Positions 7,988 through 15,357 of a stretch of DNA of 60,785 nucleotides are shown here, piece by piece. The DNA is taken from IMG/VR virus record IMGVR_UViG_3300009008_000039, positions 1 through 60,785 of that record. The stretch is one strand, 5' to 3'. This DNA comes from a virus. Its lineage: Duplodnaviria > Caudoviricetes. The first letter of the stretch is position 1; every line of letters starts with the position of its first letter. Below the pieces are notes generated by a model. That model saw only the letters and a program-made list of their open reading frames with translations, searched no databases and was not told where the DNA came from. The position numbers and the translations under genes were made by a program.

Positions 7988-8622
7988 ATAATTAATATAG
8001 GATCTTGCTGAGAGGAGTAAACACCATGGAGTTTCTTTTTCATGGTCTTCGCCAAACCAGGATTAACCACGAGGGCGCTCGGCATGATATCGTGCCTAAT
8101 AACATTTCTCATGTGCGCGCGGGAATCATTAGAAGGGTCGTGCAGATATGGCACGCCATGGCGGTCACACCAAGACACGAGAGAGGTTCGAGGAGAAGCT
8201 AAAAACGGCCTAATGATGTTGTATTCCTTATTTTGATAGGGCATCAGCTTTCCATCGCCTCTCAGGGAAGTAAAGATCCACCACTCAGCCACATCATCCA
8301 GGTGGTGTGCGGTAATAATAGGCGCACTAGAAGAATACTGCTTGAAAAAAGAATACCTCTCATTGCGCCAATATTCCTCCCACGACTCTCCATCGTTCTT
8401 AGTTCTCGTCAGCGCGCCAACGTGAACAGGGATATCGCGGTCAGTACAAAAGTCTTGCACAAACTCGCGTGCATCTTTCGCGTGCTCTGAGCCGTGATCA
8501 AAGTGCAATACTCGCACATTCCGTCTTCCGGTGTCAACAAAACTTAGAGCAGCCATGGAGTCTGCACCACCAGAAACTGCCACGAAAATATTATTAGGAA
8601 TCTTTCCTAGAAGTTTAATCAT
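7978..8622 (-). CDS. tilS: tRNA(Ile)-lysidine synthetase, short form
   Basis: AVSGGADS PP-loop, HFDHG, RNERY, TAHHLDD, IIRP, DPSN, RNVIRH motifs. Confidence 0.9.
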   Translation of the reverse strand: MIKLLGKIPNNIFVAVSGGADSMAALSFVDTGRRNVRVLHFDHGSEHAKDAREFVQDFCTDRDIPVHVGALTRTKNDGESWEEYWRNERYSFFKQYSSSAPIITAHHLDDVAEWWIFTSLRGDGKLMPYQNKEYNIIRPFLASPRTSLVSWCDRHGVPYLHDPSNDSRAHMRNVIRHDIMPSALVVNPGLAKTMKKKLHGVYSSQQDPILIMDR

Positions 8623-9089
8623 TTTGAATGTTTATCTGCAACGCTCATAGCTGCGAAAGCCTCTGGTTTGATCTTGTAGTCAAAGCCAGCGCCCTTAGCG
8701 TAGCCAGTTAGCATGTCTGTGAACTTGCTCGTTGCTTTACCTTTGTCAGAATCTGACACATCAAGATGTATTTCAATGTTTAATGTAGGAACAAATTCCA
8801 ACAAACGCATACCCAATTCAACAGATTCTTGAACTTCTGCCAGAATACGAGTCAACAAAGCAGGAAATTTCGTACGTGGGGTTGTTGTTCTCTTGATGAA
8901 ATACCTTCCACCAGTTTGACCGATTGCTCCATGGAGGCAGATGGCCGCTGAAAACGTGCAAATTTCTTTTTTGATGTGACTATCAACGCCAATAGAAACA
9001 CAGCCATTTACCTTTTCGTGCTCTACAATGATATCAACTATCTCATCAAATGAAATCTCTTTGCCAGTGCCTGTTTTCCATTTTTTCAT
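8619..9089 (-). CDS. RNase H-like YkuK/DUF458 family protein
   Basis: IGVDSH, GGRYF, RILAEV, IEIHLDV, KIKPEAFAA..VAD motifs. Confidence 0.75.
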   Translation of the reverse strand: MKKWKTGTGKEISFDEIVDIIVEHEKVNGCVSIGVDSHIKKEICTFSAAICLHGAIGQTGGRYFIKRTTTPRTKFPALLTRILAEVQESVELGMRLLEFVPTLNIEIHLDVSDSDKGKATSKFTDMLTGYAKGAGFDYKIKPEAFAAMSVADKHSK

Positions 9090-9313
9090 CGCTTCTCGTA
9101 ATACCTTTTGTCAAAGACTGCGTATGATGCTTTCATGTAGGCGATAACCTCGTTGACATCCACCTCATACCCTTGAGCCTGCATGGCCTCGACGATATTA
9201 CTGGCCACATCTTTAGGAGGGGAGTAATCACCACCCCTATTCTTGAAGAGCTTTTTATAGCCCTTTATTCTTTCGTCCTTGTTGTCTGAAAATATCTGCT
9301 TGTTCCCTTTCAT
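9086..9313 (-). CDS. Hypothetical protein
   Basis: AAGGA SD, overlap. Confidence 0.6.
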   Translation of the reverse strand: MKGNKQIFSDNKDERIKGYKKLFKNRGGDYSPPKDVASNIVEAMQAQGYEVDVNEVIAYMKASYAVFDKRYYEKR

Positions 9314-9325
9314 GTTCCTTTCTCT

Positions 9326-9541
9326 TTATAGTTCGCTTACTATCTCCAGTGCAGTCTCCGGCTCATATGTTGTAGCGCCGTCGTACCAGAGCACCTTAAA
9401 TCTTGCGAAGTGAAGAATTACGTCTCTCGTTCTTTTCGTGAAAATATTTGGCTCTTTGTGTAATATTATTCCGAGGCCATCAAATGGATATGTTTTTAAT
9501 TGTTGGTGGTCTTTTATTTTTACTATGTCACCAACCTTCAC
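9326..9541 (-). CDS. Small protein, xGDIV family
   Basis: MKVGDIVKI...LGIIL...KVLW...LEIVS. Confidence 0.7.
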   Translation of the reverse strand: MKVGDIVKIKDHQQLKTYPFDGLGIILHKEPNIFTKRTRDVILHFARFKVLWYDGATTYEPETALEIVSEL

Positions 9542-9608
9542 ATGCGATCCCTCTTATTGTGGCTTCATGTATAAATATATGATCAAAAACGCTACAGGAA
9601 AGACTTTT

Positions 9609-10049
9609 TTAAGTAACCCGCAATATTTCCCACTGGCCGGAGCTATTCGTATACCGAACTTTCTTGATGCCGGCAAACTTCATGTGCTCCATGCACAAGT
9701 TACAAGGTCGAGCCATCGCCCAGGTACCACATTTCTTGAAGCGTATAACTTCAATGATGTCCCCAGGCTTCGCGAAGCGAACAACACTCATCTCAGCATG
9801 CATACAGGAACCTTCGGTGCCATCAGAGTACACCCTCTTGAATCGAGGGTGGGTCTTGCATGTGTTTGAGCCAATCTTGACAACACTCTTGCCTCTGCGT
9901 AGAATCGCTGCAAGGTGATAATTTTGGCCGTTATTTAGTGCTTTTTCTTGAGCTTTATAGTACACCGGCCATGGGGCCACCTCCTGGTCTCTTAAGAATA
10001 TAAGCACACCATTGGCATCGTCAAGGTTTGTTCTTCTTCCACTCTTCAA
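9609..10049 (-). CDS. Zinc-dependent cytidine/dCMP deaminase-superfamily protein
   Basis: HAE...ARPCNLC...GIKKVRYT. Confidence 0.8.
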   Translation of the reverse strand: MKSGRRTNLDDANGVLIFLRDQEVAPWPVYYKAQEKALNNGQNYHLAAILRRGKSVVKIGSNTCKTHPRFKRVYSDGTEGSCMHAEMSVVRFAKPGDIIEVIRFKKCGTWAMARPCNLCMEHMKFAGIKKVRYTNSSGQWEILRVT

Positions 10050-10599
10050 AGGCTTGCGGATTCACGTTCATAACTTGCCAGATTTGTTCTCTAAGGCTCT
10101 GATTCTTATCTGAACTTCCCCAGACCCAGCGAACCATATCCTTCATGGCTGTTTCGATCTCATGCCTTCTTGAACTTATTTGATTCTCAATCTTCTCCAG
10201 ACTCTCGTCATCTAGCTCAACTTCCACGCCATTCTCTGAGGCGTATCTTATTAAAGTTGCAACGTCACCATTCTCATATGCCTCTTGCATCCTCTTAAAG
10301 TCTTCGTCACCTAAGTCAGGATTCAAGTCTGGGTGGAGGGCTACGGCCAACTCCTTATGCAATGGCTTTAGGTGTTCCCTGTCTACTTGTGGTGAACTTT
10401 CGTCCTCGCATGTCTCCGCTGGTGGGGACGGTGGGGGGCTATCCGGGCCAGCTAGCCGGCTCAAGAAAGCTATCTCGTCTTTAAAATCCTCATTAAACTG
10501 CTTGAGATGTTCAAGATCTACCTCGTTGAACTCTTCTTCTTCGATGGACAACACCTCAGACTTCAAAACAATCTTACGAAATTTTCTGGTTTTAGACAT
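10021..10599 (-). CDS. Protein with J-domain-like HPD segment
   Basis: LHKELAVALHPDLNP...FKRMQEAYE. Confidence 0.6.
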   Translation of the reverse strand: MSKTRKFRKIVLKSEVLSIEEEEFNEVDLEHLKQFNEDFKDEIAFLSRLAGPDSPPPSPPAETCEDESSPQVDREHLKPLHKELAVALHPDLNPDLGDEDFKRMQEAYENGDVATLIRYASENGVEVELDDESLEKIENQISSRRHEIETAMKDMVRWVWGSSDKNQSLREQIWQVMNVNPQAFEEWKKNKP

Positions 10600-10609
10600 C
10601 GCCTTATAA

Positions 10610-10870
10610 TTAGGCGCGGGATTCGATTACGAGCTTCTCTTTCTGCTTTCGCGTAAGCCGTTTAAAGCTATGCTCTCTTTTAAGAGCCGAAGAGCGATTT
10701 TCGTGGTATTCCCAAAAAACTATCTCAACAGGGCGGCGGGTCCTTGTATACTTCGCACCCCTAGAAGACGTGTTGTGTTCTTTTAATCTGCGATCCAGAC
10801 TTGTTGTGATGCCGGCATAAAATGTACCATCAGCACATTGCAAAACATAAAAATACCAACTCTTAGCCAC
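10610..10870 (-). CDS. GIY-YIG endonuclease (YhbQ/UPF0213-like), GTG start
   Basis: YFYVLQC-DGTFYAGITT-L-RRLKEHN-GAKYTR-RRP...ALKRE. Confidence 0.85.
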   Translation of the reverse strand: MAKSWYFYVLQCADGTFYAGITTSLDRRLKEHNTSSRGAKYTRTRRPVEIVFWEYHENRSSALKREHSFKRLTRKQKEKLVIESRA

Positions 10871-11069
10871 AAAACACCAGAAAATATGCGTATAACATCG
10901 TCCACATCGGGAAACCCAAAGCAAGAACTACTGACAGTGGTGTTGGCTCTTGTTCTCCGAACCAATAGCCGTGCTGACCCCAGTCCGAACTCGTGATTAA
11001 ATTATCTAAAATTTGCCACAAACTTAGGACAATTAAAACTACAAGTATCGCTATTTTCATCAAGGACAT
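10863..11069 (-). CDS. Small two-TM membrane protein
   Basis: Two hydrophobic stretches. Confidence 0.5.
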   Translation of the reverse strand: MSLMKIAILVVLIVLSLWQILDNLITSSDWGQHGYWFGEQEPTPLSVVLALGFPMWTMLYAYFLVFCG

Positions 11070-11092
11070 CCGTTGGTTTAATCTTGTGTAAG

Positions 11093-11249
<157 letters not shown>

Positions 11250-11260
11250 TTATGCAGTAA

Positions 11261-11365
11261 TTAGAAGTGAATTGCAACTAATGCCGCCACCACAATAATC
11301 GTGACTACGGACAAAGACACTTTCAAAACGTTATCACCATTAAAATCTTTCTCAAAATCATTCAT
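11261..11365 (-). CDS. 34-aa single-TM peptide inside tRNA cluster
   Basis: AGGAG SD; MNDFEKDFNGDNVLKVSLSVVTIIVVAALVAIHF. Confidence 0.55.
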   Translation of the reverse strand: MNDFEKDFNGDNVLKVSLSVVTIIVVAALVAIHF

Positions 11366-11393
11366 TGTTTTCTCCTGAAGTTGTAATAGAATG

Positions 11394-11467
11394 CTGCGCA
11401 GACAGGGCTCGAACCTGTGACATTCTGATTAACAGTCAGACGCTACTACCAACTGAGCTACTGCGCA
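11394..11467 (-). tRNA. tRNA-Asn(GUU), CCA not encoded
   Basis: UGCGCAG/CUGCGCA acceptor, UCUGA-CU GUU AA-UCAGA, G73. Confidence 0.92.
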
Positions 11468-11476
11468 TTAATTGTG

Positions 11477-11563
11477 TGGTAGCCGAGGCGGGACTCGAAC
11501 CCGCAAGCCCAATTGGGCGACAGATTTTAAGTCTGTTGTGTATGCCAATTCCACCACTCGGCC
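11477..11563 (-). tRNA. tRNA-Leu(UAA)
   Basis: Long variable arm GCCCAAUUGGGC, ACAGA-CU UAA AA-UCUGU, ACCA end. Confidence 0.95.
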
Positions 11564-11607
11564 ATATAAAGAACATAGGGACGCTTTTGTAAAAAGAAAA
11601 CTAAATG

Positions 11608-11680
11608 TGGAGCTGGACGGGATCGAACCGACGACATCTGCCTTGCAAAGGCAGTGCTCTACCAACTGAGCTACAGCCCC
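11608..11680 (-). tRNA. tRNA-Ala(UGC), CCA not encoded
   Basis: GGGGCUG/CAGCUCC with G3-U70, CUGCC-UU UGC AA-GGCAG. Confidence 0.95.
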
Positions 11681-11697
11681 ATTAGTTCCTCTTTATA

Positions 11698-11868
11698 CTA
11701 AGTATCTAGGTCTTGCAATTCTTGGAGCTTATTTCTTATCGTATCGATCATTCGAATCTTAGAATCAACTGTTCCAGAACCGTAATCGAGTTCTTTTTTT
11801 AGTAGATAAAGATCCTTCAGCACCTCATTGATTACTGAATGGTTCTTGTCTGGAGTATACACTCTCAT
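11698..11868 (-). CDS. 56-aa hypothetical protein missed by ORF track
   Basis: AAGGA upstream; MRVYTPDKNHSVINEVLKDLYLLKKELD... Confidence 0.5.
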   Translation of the reverse strand: MRVYTPDKNHSVINEVLKDLYLLKKELDYGSGTVDSKIRMIDTIRNKLQELQDLDT

Positions 11869-11901
11869 TCTGTGAGTTCCTTTGTTAATATCATTTGATG
11901 A

Positions 11902-12036
11902 TTAAACATCTATTATTATGACTCTTTCTTCTTTGTCTTCGTCTTTTTCTTTCTGTTTCGCTTCTTCGTACTGATCTTCGTCTTCGCGTCGGGGAGATGG
12001 AAGCGGAATCTGCAAATAAGGACGATCTTCGGGCAT
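11902..12036 (-). CDS. 44-aa acidic peptide missed by ORF track
   Basis: MPEDRPYLQIPLPSPRREDEDQYEEAKQKEKDEDKEERVIIIDV; TAATG coupling. Confidence 0.55.
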   Translation of the reverse strand: MPEDRPYLQIPLPSPRREDEDQYEEAKQKEKDEDKEERVIIIDV

Positions 12037-12215
12037 TATCCCTGGCCTCGACTAGGCTTGCGTCTGCGATGGCGCTTGCTCGGAGGTGACCCAGCGCGAC
12101 GATTATCAAAGAATGTCTCGCCTCCCGATTTGGTCTTTTTTGTGAACCTGCCTCCACCTTGGGTTGTCTTCTTCTTGGAAGTGGCCAAGGCCTTCTTGTT
12201 TTTAATCTTTGCCAT
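12036..12215 (-). CDS. 59-aa highly basic protein missed by ORF track
   Basis: MAKIKNKK...KKTTQGGG...RRRKPSRGQG; GGAG SD. Confidence 0.65.
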   Translation of the reverse strand: MAKIKNKKALATSKKKTTQGGGRFTKKTKSGGETFFDNRRAGSPPSKRHRRRKPSRGQG

Positions 12216-12657
12216 TTTTTATCAACTCCATGTCAATGGTTCTATCGTGCATCGTAATGCCGTCTAAGTGATCAATTTCATGCTGGACACAGACACACTC
12301 CAGAGCATCCTTGTCAAAGGAAAACACCAAATCTTCTTTATGATTTGATGCGCGCACCACGATGTCTGTCCAACGCTCTGTCATAACATAGTCACCGGGA
12401 AACGACAGACAAGATTCTTGAAAGAAACTCCTGCCGCTTTTTTGTATTATTTCTGGATTGATTAATATCACCGGGCGACCGACCGCGATGACACACACAC
12501 GAGCATCGACGCCCACTTGATTAGCCGCCAAGCCAACGGCATTAGGCTCTTCTTTTAATATTTCCAAGAGCCGATTGGCCAAAACAAGACCAGCTTGATG
12601 CCGGTCAACAGGACGACAGCTTTTTCTTAAAGCCTCTTCGTCCTCAACGTATCTCAT
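12202..12657 (-). CDS. def: Peptide deformylase
   Basis: AVGLAANQVG, ESCLS, QHEIDHLDG motifs. Confidence 0.93.
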   Translation of the reverse strand: MRYVEDEEALRKSCRPVDRHQAGLVLANRLLEILKEEPNAVGLAANQVGVDARVCVIAVGRPVILINPEIIQKSGRSFFQESCLSFPGDYVMTERWTDIVVRASNHKEDLVFSFDKDALECVCVQHEIDHLDGITMHDRTIDMELIKNGKD

Positions 12658-12689
12658 TTAGCATCGTCCCCATAAAATAAATAGATGCT

Positions 12690-12727
12690 AAAAAGGCAAA
12701 GAGAAGCCATTGCGACCTCTCTTTGCC
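12690..12727 (-). terminator. Intrinsic terminator after hsp20
   Basis: GGCAAAGAGA/TCTCTTTGCC stem then T-tract. Confidence 0.7.
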
Positions 12728-12734
12728 AGATTTA

Positions 12735-13169
12735 TTATTTAATTTCTACAGAAAGTGGCCTGGCTTCTTCCATATGCGGAATTACCAAACGTAGAAGGCC
12801 ATTTTCATATTCAGCAGTCGTTGCACTCAAGTCAAGATTGTTGTCATAATTGACGTACGTCTTGTGAAAAGCTCGACGAGCAATCCTTCGCGAATTGAAA
12901 TCAACACTGTCCTCATCGCCATGAGAATCAGCGCTCACATGGATTGACCTTTTATCTGGATAGATCTCAACATGGAGATTCTCTTTCCTGAAGCCTGCGA
13001 GGGCGAACTCCACTACAGTCTCTCCACCTTCTCCTTGGTAGATATCTGCAACGGGGTACCCTTGGGTTGTGCGATTCGTCAAACTTGGAAAATCCAGCAT
13101 TGAATCGAAAATATCGTTGAAAACACTGCCGCCCAATAAACTAGGTCGGTAAGTAGCTAACGTTGTCAT
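12735..13169 (-). CDS. Small heat-shock protein (Hsp20/IbpA family)
   Basis: YPVADIY, EFALAGF, RRIARRAF, AEYENGLLRL. Confidence 0.9.
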   Translation of the reverse strand: MTTLATYRPSLLGGSVFNDIFDSMLDFPSLTNRTTQGYPVADIYQGEGGETVVEFALAGFRKENLHVEIYPDKRSIHVSADSHGDEDSVDFNSRRIARRAFHKTYVNYDNNLDLSATTAEYENGLLRLVIPHMEEARPLSVEIK

Positions 13170-13178
13170 AGTAATTTA

Positions 13179-13195
13179 CTCCTTTTATAAGCAAG
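13179..13195 (-). promoter_or_regulatory. ROSE-like RNA thermometer hairpin over the hsp20 SD
   Basis: CUUGCU-UAUAAA-AGGAG with bulged G opposite SD. Confidence 0.6.
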
Positions 13196-13232
13196 TTTTA
13201 GTTAATAGTAGCCATGAAGCGCTACTATATAA

Positions 13233-13260
13233 ACAATAGTCACCGGTACCGACAAGTCAA
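13233..13260 (-). promoter_or_regulatory. Sigma70-type promoter for hsp20
   Basis: TTGACT-N16-TATTGT. Confidence 0.55.
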
Positions 13261-13265
13261 GAGTA

Positions 13266-13610
13266 TTATTTTCTATTATAATCATCTTCTAGGCGCACAA
13301 CATCATCGATCTCTGGTGTAGAGACTTCTATGAGTCTGCACCCCGAAGATGGAGCACAGAATCTATGCACGGTGCCGGGAGTTATCCTCCATGAAGAGCC
13401 CTCTTGTAAAATAAACTTTTCAATCGAATGACTGTCGCCTATCTCTAAAACCAGAGTCCCTTGCAAAACATAAATGCTCTCATCTTTTTCTTCGTGGTAC
13501 TGTCGCGAAAGCTTTTGACCTGGGTTTATTTGTAATATTTTACCAAGGTACTTTTCTGTTATAGCCCAACGAATTTCATACCCCCAGGGCTTTTCTACTA
13601 GTGATTCCAT
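13266..13610 (-). CDS. Cupin (mannose-6-phosphate isomerase type II-like)
   Basis: VEKPWG, LSRQYHEEKDE, PGTVHRF, EVSTPEIDDVVRLEDDY. Confidence 0.85.
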   Translation of the reverse strand: MESLVEKPWGYEIRWAITEKYLGKILQINPGQKLSRQYHEEKDESIYVLQGTLVLEIGDSHSIEKFILQEGSSWRITPGTVHRFCAPSSGCRLIEVSTPEIDDVVRLEDDYNRK

Positions 13611-13617
13611 AAAATCT

Positions 13618-13953
13618 TTACTTCCAATAAATTTGTATAAATATTATCATCACAGCCAACAGCAAACAAGATGCTGTCTTTGGTGTGAAAACACTTTCGT
13701 TTAATATCCAATAAGTCATAATACCAAAAACAACGTTAGAAACGCCAAAACCAACCAGTTTTGACGCCCATAATTCGCCAGTCGCGTCGACAATGTGTTT
13801 AATAGCATACCAAAAGCACAATCCCATGGGGAACGCAAAGACTACGTTTGAAAATATCGGACGTCCTTGCCACCACTCCCATGCGAACTGCGAATTATAT
13901 TGGAACCACGCAAGTATGTTGCCAATAATAAATAATACTATACCAGTGAACAT
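13618..13953 (-). CDS. Small 4-TM membrane protein (DMT/SMR-like)
   Basis: Four hydrophobic segments, ILNES motif before last helix. Confidence 0.6.
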   Translation of the reverse strand: MFTGIVLFIIGNILAWFQYNSQFAWEWWQGRPIFSNVVFAFPMGLCFWYAIKHIVDATGELWASKLVGFGVSNVVFGIMTYWILNESVFTPKTASCLLLAVMIIFIQIYWK

Positions 13954-13956
13954 TTT

Positions 13957-14331
13957 TCAGTGTGTTGCCAGGGTCATAGAAAAGCGCTGCAATTCGCGCA
14001 ATACTGAGGCCTGGGATGTCAACAGGGCCTTCAGAGCATTAAGCGTGTCAGTCAGAACAATAACCTCGTTTTGAGTCTCGTCCTTAAAGATTGGCTCACC
14101 TAGATTTTTTCGCATAAGCAACAATACAGCATTACACACCCAAGCCAACTCACACAACAAACTAGTAACATGAGAGTTCTTATATCTCGTCTCCTCCAGG
14201 CCGACTTCGCAAAACTCGTATTCCAGCATGGAGACTGCTTTTTCAAAAAGTTCACGAGTATGGGAAGTGATCTTTATTATCTCTTCCGTCGGTATTGTAA
14301 GAACTTTCTTTTGTTTTTTATCGTTGCTCAA
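13957..14331 (-). CDS. Hypothetical protein
   Basis: Operon position. Confidence 0.6.
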   Translation of the reverse strand: MSNDKKQKKVLTIPTEEIIKITSHTRELFEKAVSMLEYEFCEVGLEETRYKNSHVTSLLCELAWVCNAVLLLMRKNLGEPIFKDETQNEVIVLTDTLNALKALLTSQASVLRELQRFSMTLATH

Positions 14332-14560
14332 AATAAGAAACCAAGTCTGAGTATCCGCCTATAAGTTTTATATCCGCCCCTTTGAGTTCAAACACCATGG
14401 GCACGGTTGGCCAATTGTAAGCATCCTTCATCTCCTGCAACAACCCCTGCTGTGACTCTTTAAAGTCTACAATTTTATAATCTTTGTTGCTATTTTCTAG
14501 TAATTCTTGCGCTTTCAAGCAGAAAGGGCAGGTTGCCTTGGAGAATACAAGATACTTCAT
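14318..14560 (-). CDS. Glutaredoxin
   Basis: CPFC active site, TVPMVF, IGGYSDL. Confidence 0.92.
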   Translation of the reverse strand: MKYLVFSKATCPFCLKAQELLENSNKDYKIVDFKESQQGLLQEMKDAYNWPTVPMVFELKGADIKLIGGYSDLVSYFEQR

Positions 14561-14862
14561 TTTGTTGCGCCAGATGTCAATTTTTTGTTAACAGTGTCCG
14601 GACTGCCAACGACACTAAATTGCGTCACAGTAGAAGATGCACCGCCGGAAGAGATCATCAGCTTGCTAAATCTCGTAGCTGGATCTAGGCCGTCGATGAG
14701 TGGGTTCCTCTTGTGTCTAGCGGAGACGCCTTCATCGTCACGAATCGAGACCACAAAAGCTGGGTTTACATAAAACTCTCTCAACTTGTATGTCGACTCA
14801 ACTTCGCGAACTTGTGGGTTATAGTTCCTTGGTGTCGACACTATTTCAACTAATTTAATCAT
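14557..14862 (-). CDS. Hypothetical protein
   Basis: 4-nt overlaps both sides. Confidence 0.65.
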   Translation of the reverse strand: MIKLVEIVSTPRNYNPQVREVESTYKLREFYVNPAFVVSIRDDEGVSARHKRNPLIDGLDPATRFSKLMISSGGASSTVTQFSVVGSPDTVNKKLTSGATK

Positions 14863-15071
14863 GTTTTTGCTCCATATGTTTTATTTTGTTCAATTAGCCA
14901 AAGTTCACGATCGCACATAACTTCGTATGTGTTGTCGTGGACTTCAGTCACCAATAAGTGTAAAGGTTTTTCGATATTCTTGTAGTTGGACACTGCGCCC
15001 CCTGTGGATACTTTGAACAAGCGGACACCAGAAGGTACATATACCAAGTCCCCCTTATTCGCTTTGTTCAT
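14859..15071 (-). CDS. Small protein, xGDLV family
   Basis: NKGDLVYV. Confidence 0.6.
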   Translation of the reverse strand: MNKANKGDLVYVPSGVRLFKVSTGGAVSNYKNIEKPLHLLVTEVHDNTYEVMCDRELWLIEQNKTYGAKT

Positions 15072-15354
15072 TTTCTTCTCCGGTGGGAGCGGGGGCGGCC
15101 GCTTGTTGACTCTCCGGCTTCGACATGAGCGTCAAATAACCACGAGAAAGACTAATACAATCTTCCAGCTTGTCTGATACGGTGGCTAACTTCTCTTGAA
15201 GGTCCTTTACCGCAGCAACAGACTCTTCATACTGCACTATTTCGAATGAAAAAGTGGATGCGTCTCTTAGGGTTCTCTGGCAGTCGTTTATCAAGTCTCG
15301 AACAAGGCCTGGGACTTCTTCATAGTCTACTGTATAAGATACTTTTACTTTCAT
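15055..15354 (-). CDS. Hypothetical coiled-coil protein
   Basis: GAGG SD, directly after groEL. Confidence 0.65.
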   Translation of the reverse strand: MKVKVSYTVDYEEVPGLVRDLINDCQRTLRDASTFSFEIVQYEESVAAVKDLQEKLATVSDKLEDCISLSRGYLTLMSKPESQQAAAPAPTGEENEQSE

Positions 15355-15357
15355 TTT

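Noticed and set aside
11365-11669. ORFs 11365..11592, 11468..11665, 11472..11669
   Set aside because: They overlie clear tRNA genes
11891-12157. 88-aa Arg-rich ORF from the track
   Set aside because: Off-frame read-through of two smaller coupled ORFs (12036..12215, 11902..12036) that have better starts
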